A stretch of DNA of 64,000 nucleotides from Scyliorhinus canicula (lineage: Eukaryota), in assembly GCF_902713615.1 (NCBI RefSeq), contig NC_052151.1, positions 220,684,863-220,748,862 on the forward strand. The letters are read 5' to 3'. This document shows positions 61,929-64,000 of the stretch, in pieces. Below the pieces are notes generated by a model, which worked only from the letters and a program-made list of their open reading frames with translations, did not search any database and was not told the origin of the DNA. A program made the translations under genes and the position numbers. Numbering within the stretch: position 1 is the first letter of the stretch; each line of letters opens with the position of its first letter.

Positions 61929-61967
61929 AGTTTTTGTTGGGGCCACAAATGAGTCTGTAACGCTGTG
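61929..61967 (-). other. 23-RSS CACAGCG-23-ACAAAAACT
   Basis: Read directly. Confidence 0.95.
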
Positions 61968-62844
61968 CAGCATCACTGGCAGCGCAGTAATACTCGGCCG
62001 AGTCGGCTGGTTCAACGATTCGGATCCTCAGGCTCGACATCTTATCGTTCCCACTTTTTGTGATTTCAAATCCACTTTTGAAGCTCTCTTCGTATTGAAC
62101 TTCATTGCCTCTATACTTACTGCCGATCAACGTGAATCCTTCTCCGGGAATGAGGCGATACCAGAGCATGGTAGCACGCACTGTCTCATTCTGGAGACAA
62201 TTAAACCGGACCTCCTGTCCTTGTTCAACAGCGATTGAGGCCGGCCACTGATGTATGACATCCGCCAAAAGACATTCTGAATAGAAACAGGTGACAGTTT
62301 AATTAACCGCATGCTTTTCAAAATTCCTACATGTTGATAAACTCCTTGGCCATTCGAATTGATGCTTCATGAATATCCGACATTAAAGCGAGTTTCAGCT
62401 GCATGCAAGTTTTCCAACACACAATGCCAGTATAAATAAAGAAATCCTATAAATCTCGCGTTATCAGCAAATTGAAAAGTGGGTAATGAATAACCATGTA
62501 ATGCTCGGCACAACATCGAGGGCCGAAGGGCATGTTCTGTGCTGTACTGTTCTATATGTTCTATGTTAAAGAACAATTCAACTCTGGAAGCGTAAGTTTA
62601 ATTTTGAATATATTTTGGCAGTTACAGTATATTTAGTGCCTGTTCGGTAGATTCGTTCTAATTGTATTGAATTATTCTTGTTAGATTTTATTCTTCTGGT
62701 GGACATGTAATTATTCTGTAAAATTTCAGTACCGCATAATTTTCTAAATTTGGTTCACCATGAGAGAATAGCAAGGTTGTGAGACAAAATGATCTTACTT
62801 GGCGTCAGATGAAGAAGAGCAAAGACAAGACAATTGAGCTGCAT
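61968..62844 (-). CDS. TRBV: TCR V gene, intact (family 1); leader 62799-62844, V exon 61968-62276
   Basis: Leader MQLNCLVFALLHLTP|GTAAG; ..IHQWPAS..FNC..MLWYRLIPG..DSAEYYCAASDA. Confidence 0.92.
62503..62566 (+). mobile_element. SINE/LINE 3' tail fragment in the V intron
   Basis: GCTCGGCACAACATCGAGGGCCGAAGGGC..TTCTATG. Confidence 0.85.
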
Positions 62845-63599
62845 GGCTGAGATCAAGTGTCCACATAATGTTTCAGTCAAGGGCTGAGAGTGATTCAGAG
62901 GATGTAACGCCAAGGCCGGAAGTTGGCAAAGCAAATAGAAATAAAGAATGCGCGAGCCGCAGTCTTTTCGACTGTCAATCAGCAGTGAATGTTACCGACA
63001 TGAATGAGCTTCAATAATAAAGTCTCCCCTTCGTCCGACCGACTGAGTTTGATATGGGCCGGCGTCCGGATACAGTTTGTGTGGGGTGAAGGGGGGCGGC
63101 GGTGATGGGGTCCCAGTGCTAGGGGAGATGGTGATGGTTCGGATATCGGGGTGTTGGGGATGTGCATTATGGGGGTGAGGGACTATTTTATCCATTGATG
63201 GGATTTGGGCATGGCTGAGCGGGCCACTATTTATTATTCATTTCAGAGTGATTATAGGAATCAGTCACATTGCAGTTGGATTGGGCCGGTACATTTCCTG
63301 CCATAAAGGGCATTGGTCAACTTATTTTATTACGAGAATGGTCAATGGTTTCATGGTCATCAGAAGACTTTGAACATTAATTAACTTCAAGCGGGGTTCC
63401 TGCCCCTCCATGCGGATAAGTCCAGACGCAGGGAGCAGCCGGCCAATCTGATTCTCCGAACACTCGCTGGTGTTTGAAGTACCTGAAGCTATTAAATCTC
63501 TACAGTGCAGAAGAAAACTATTCGGCCAATAGAGTCGGCACCGACCCTTTGACAGTTTGCCTGGGCGCATGTCCCGGCCTCATCCCCGCATCACCGTCA

Positions 63600-63790
63600 G
63601 CTAACGGGCATATCTTTGGACACTGAGGTGACATTTAGTATGGAAAATCCACCTGACCTTCAAATGTTTCAGCTTTGGGAGGAAACCGGAGTACCGGAAG
63701 AAACCTAGGCAGCCACTGTGACCCCTCTACAGACCCACCCCAGGGGCACCAAAACAGTTTTCCCTCATCGTGGTTAGACACGCAATGCGT
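63600..63790 (-). mobile_element. Degenerate SINE
   Basis: ATCCACCTGACC..TTTGG..GGAGGAAACCGGAG reversed core. Confidence 0.6.
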
Positions 63791-64000
63791 AAAGCGTTGC
63801 CGATGCGCCAGAGTGCTGAACACTTCAGGTCAAACATTTTCAAGCAGAGTATACCAGAGCATGCAGCTGCCGGGTACCTAGCTGGGTTCGGCAGCTGCCC
63901 ACAACTCTGTTACCCAACAGGAAATACCGTCCTCAGCAATCTGTTGTGTTCCCATTTATTAATAGCGTCGGTTAACTTCATTGAAAAAGGAACACATTTG

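Noticed and set aside
1-64000. D, J or constant exons
   Set aside because: No J motif with RSS and donor, and no C-domain ORF, was recognised; all RSS found have 23-bp spacers 3' of V exons

Overview
This is eukaryotic DNA, not prokaryotic. The window is part of a T-cell receptor variable-gene cluster, most likely TCR-beta (TRBV), from a cartilaginous fish; the SINE/LINE content looks catshark-like (inference). All V genes lie on the minus strand. Eight look intact, each with a leader exon, GT-AG intron, open V exon with the canonical Cys/Trp/Cys and a 23-bp-spacer RSS: V exons start at about 4.8, 18.7, 20.9, 44.2, 46.6, 52.0, 58.4 and 62.0 kb and belong to at least three sequence families. 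A fourth family and several paralogues are damaged (17.7, 32.6, 34.3, 40.6, 41.6-42.6, 57.2 and 61.0 kb), and fainter V relics are present. No D, J or C segments were found. The middle of the window is a three-copy segmental duplication of a multi-V cassette. Family-1 promoters share an Ig-type octamer plus an ETS motif. The intergenic DNA is dense with retroelements: one apparently complete CR1-clade LINE (esterase ORF1, 967-aa APE-RT ORF2, tandem-repeat 5' UTR), many truncated CR1, L1, Rex1-like and L2-like pieces, a Gypsy gag relic, a Harbinger-type Myb/SANT relic and two tRNA-derived SINE families.
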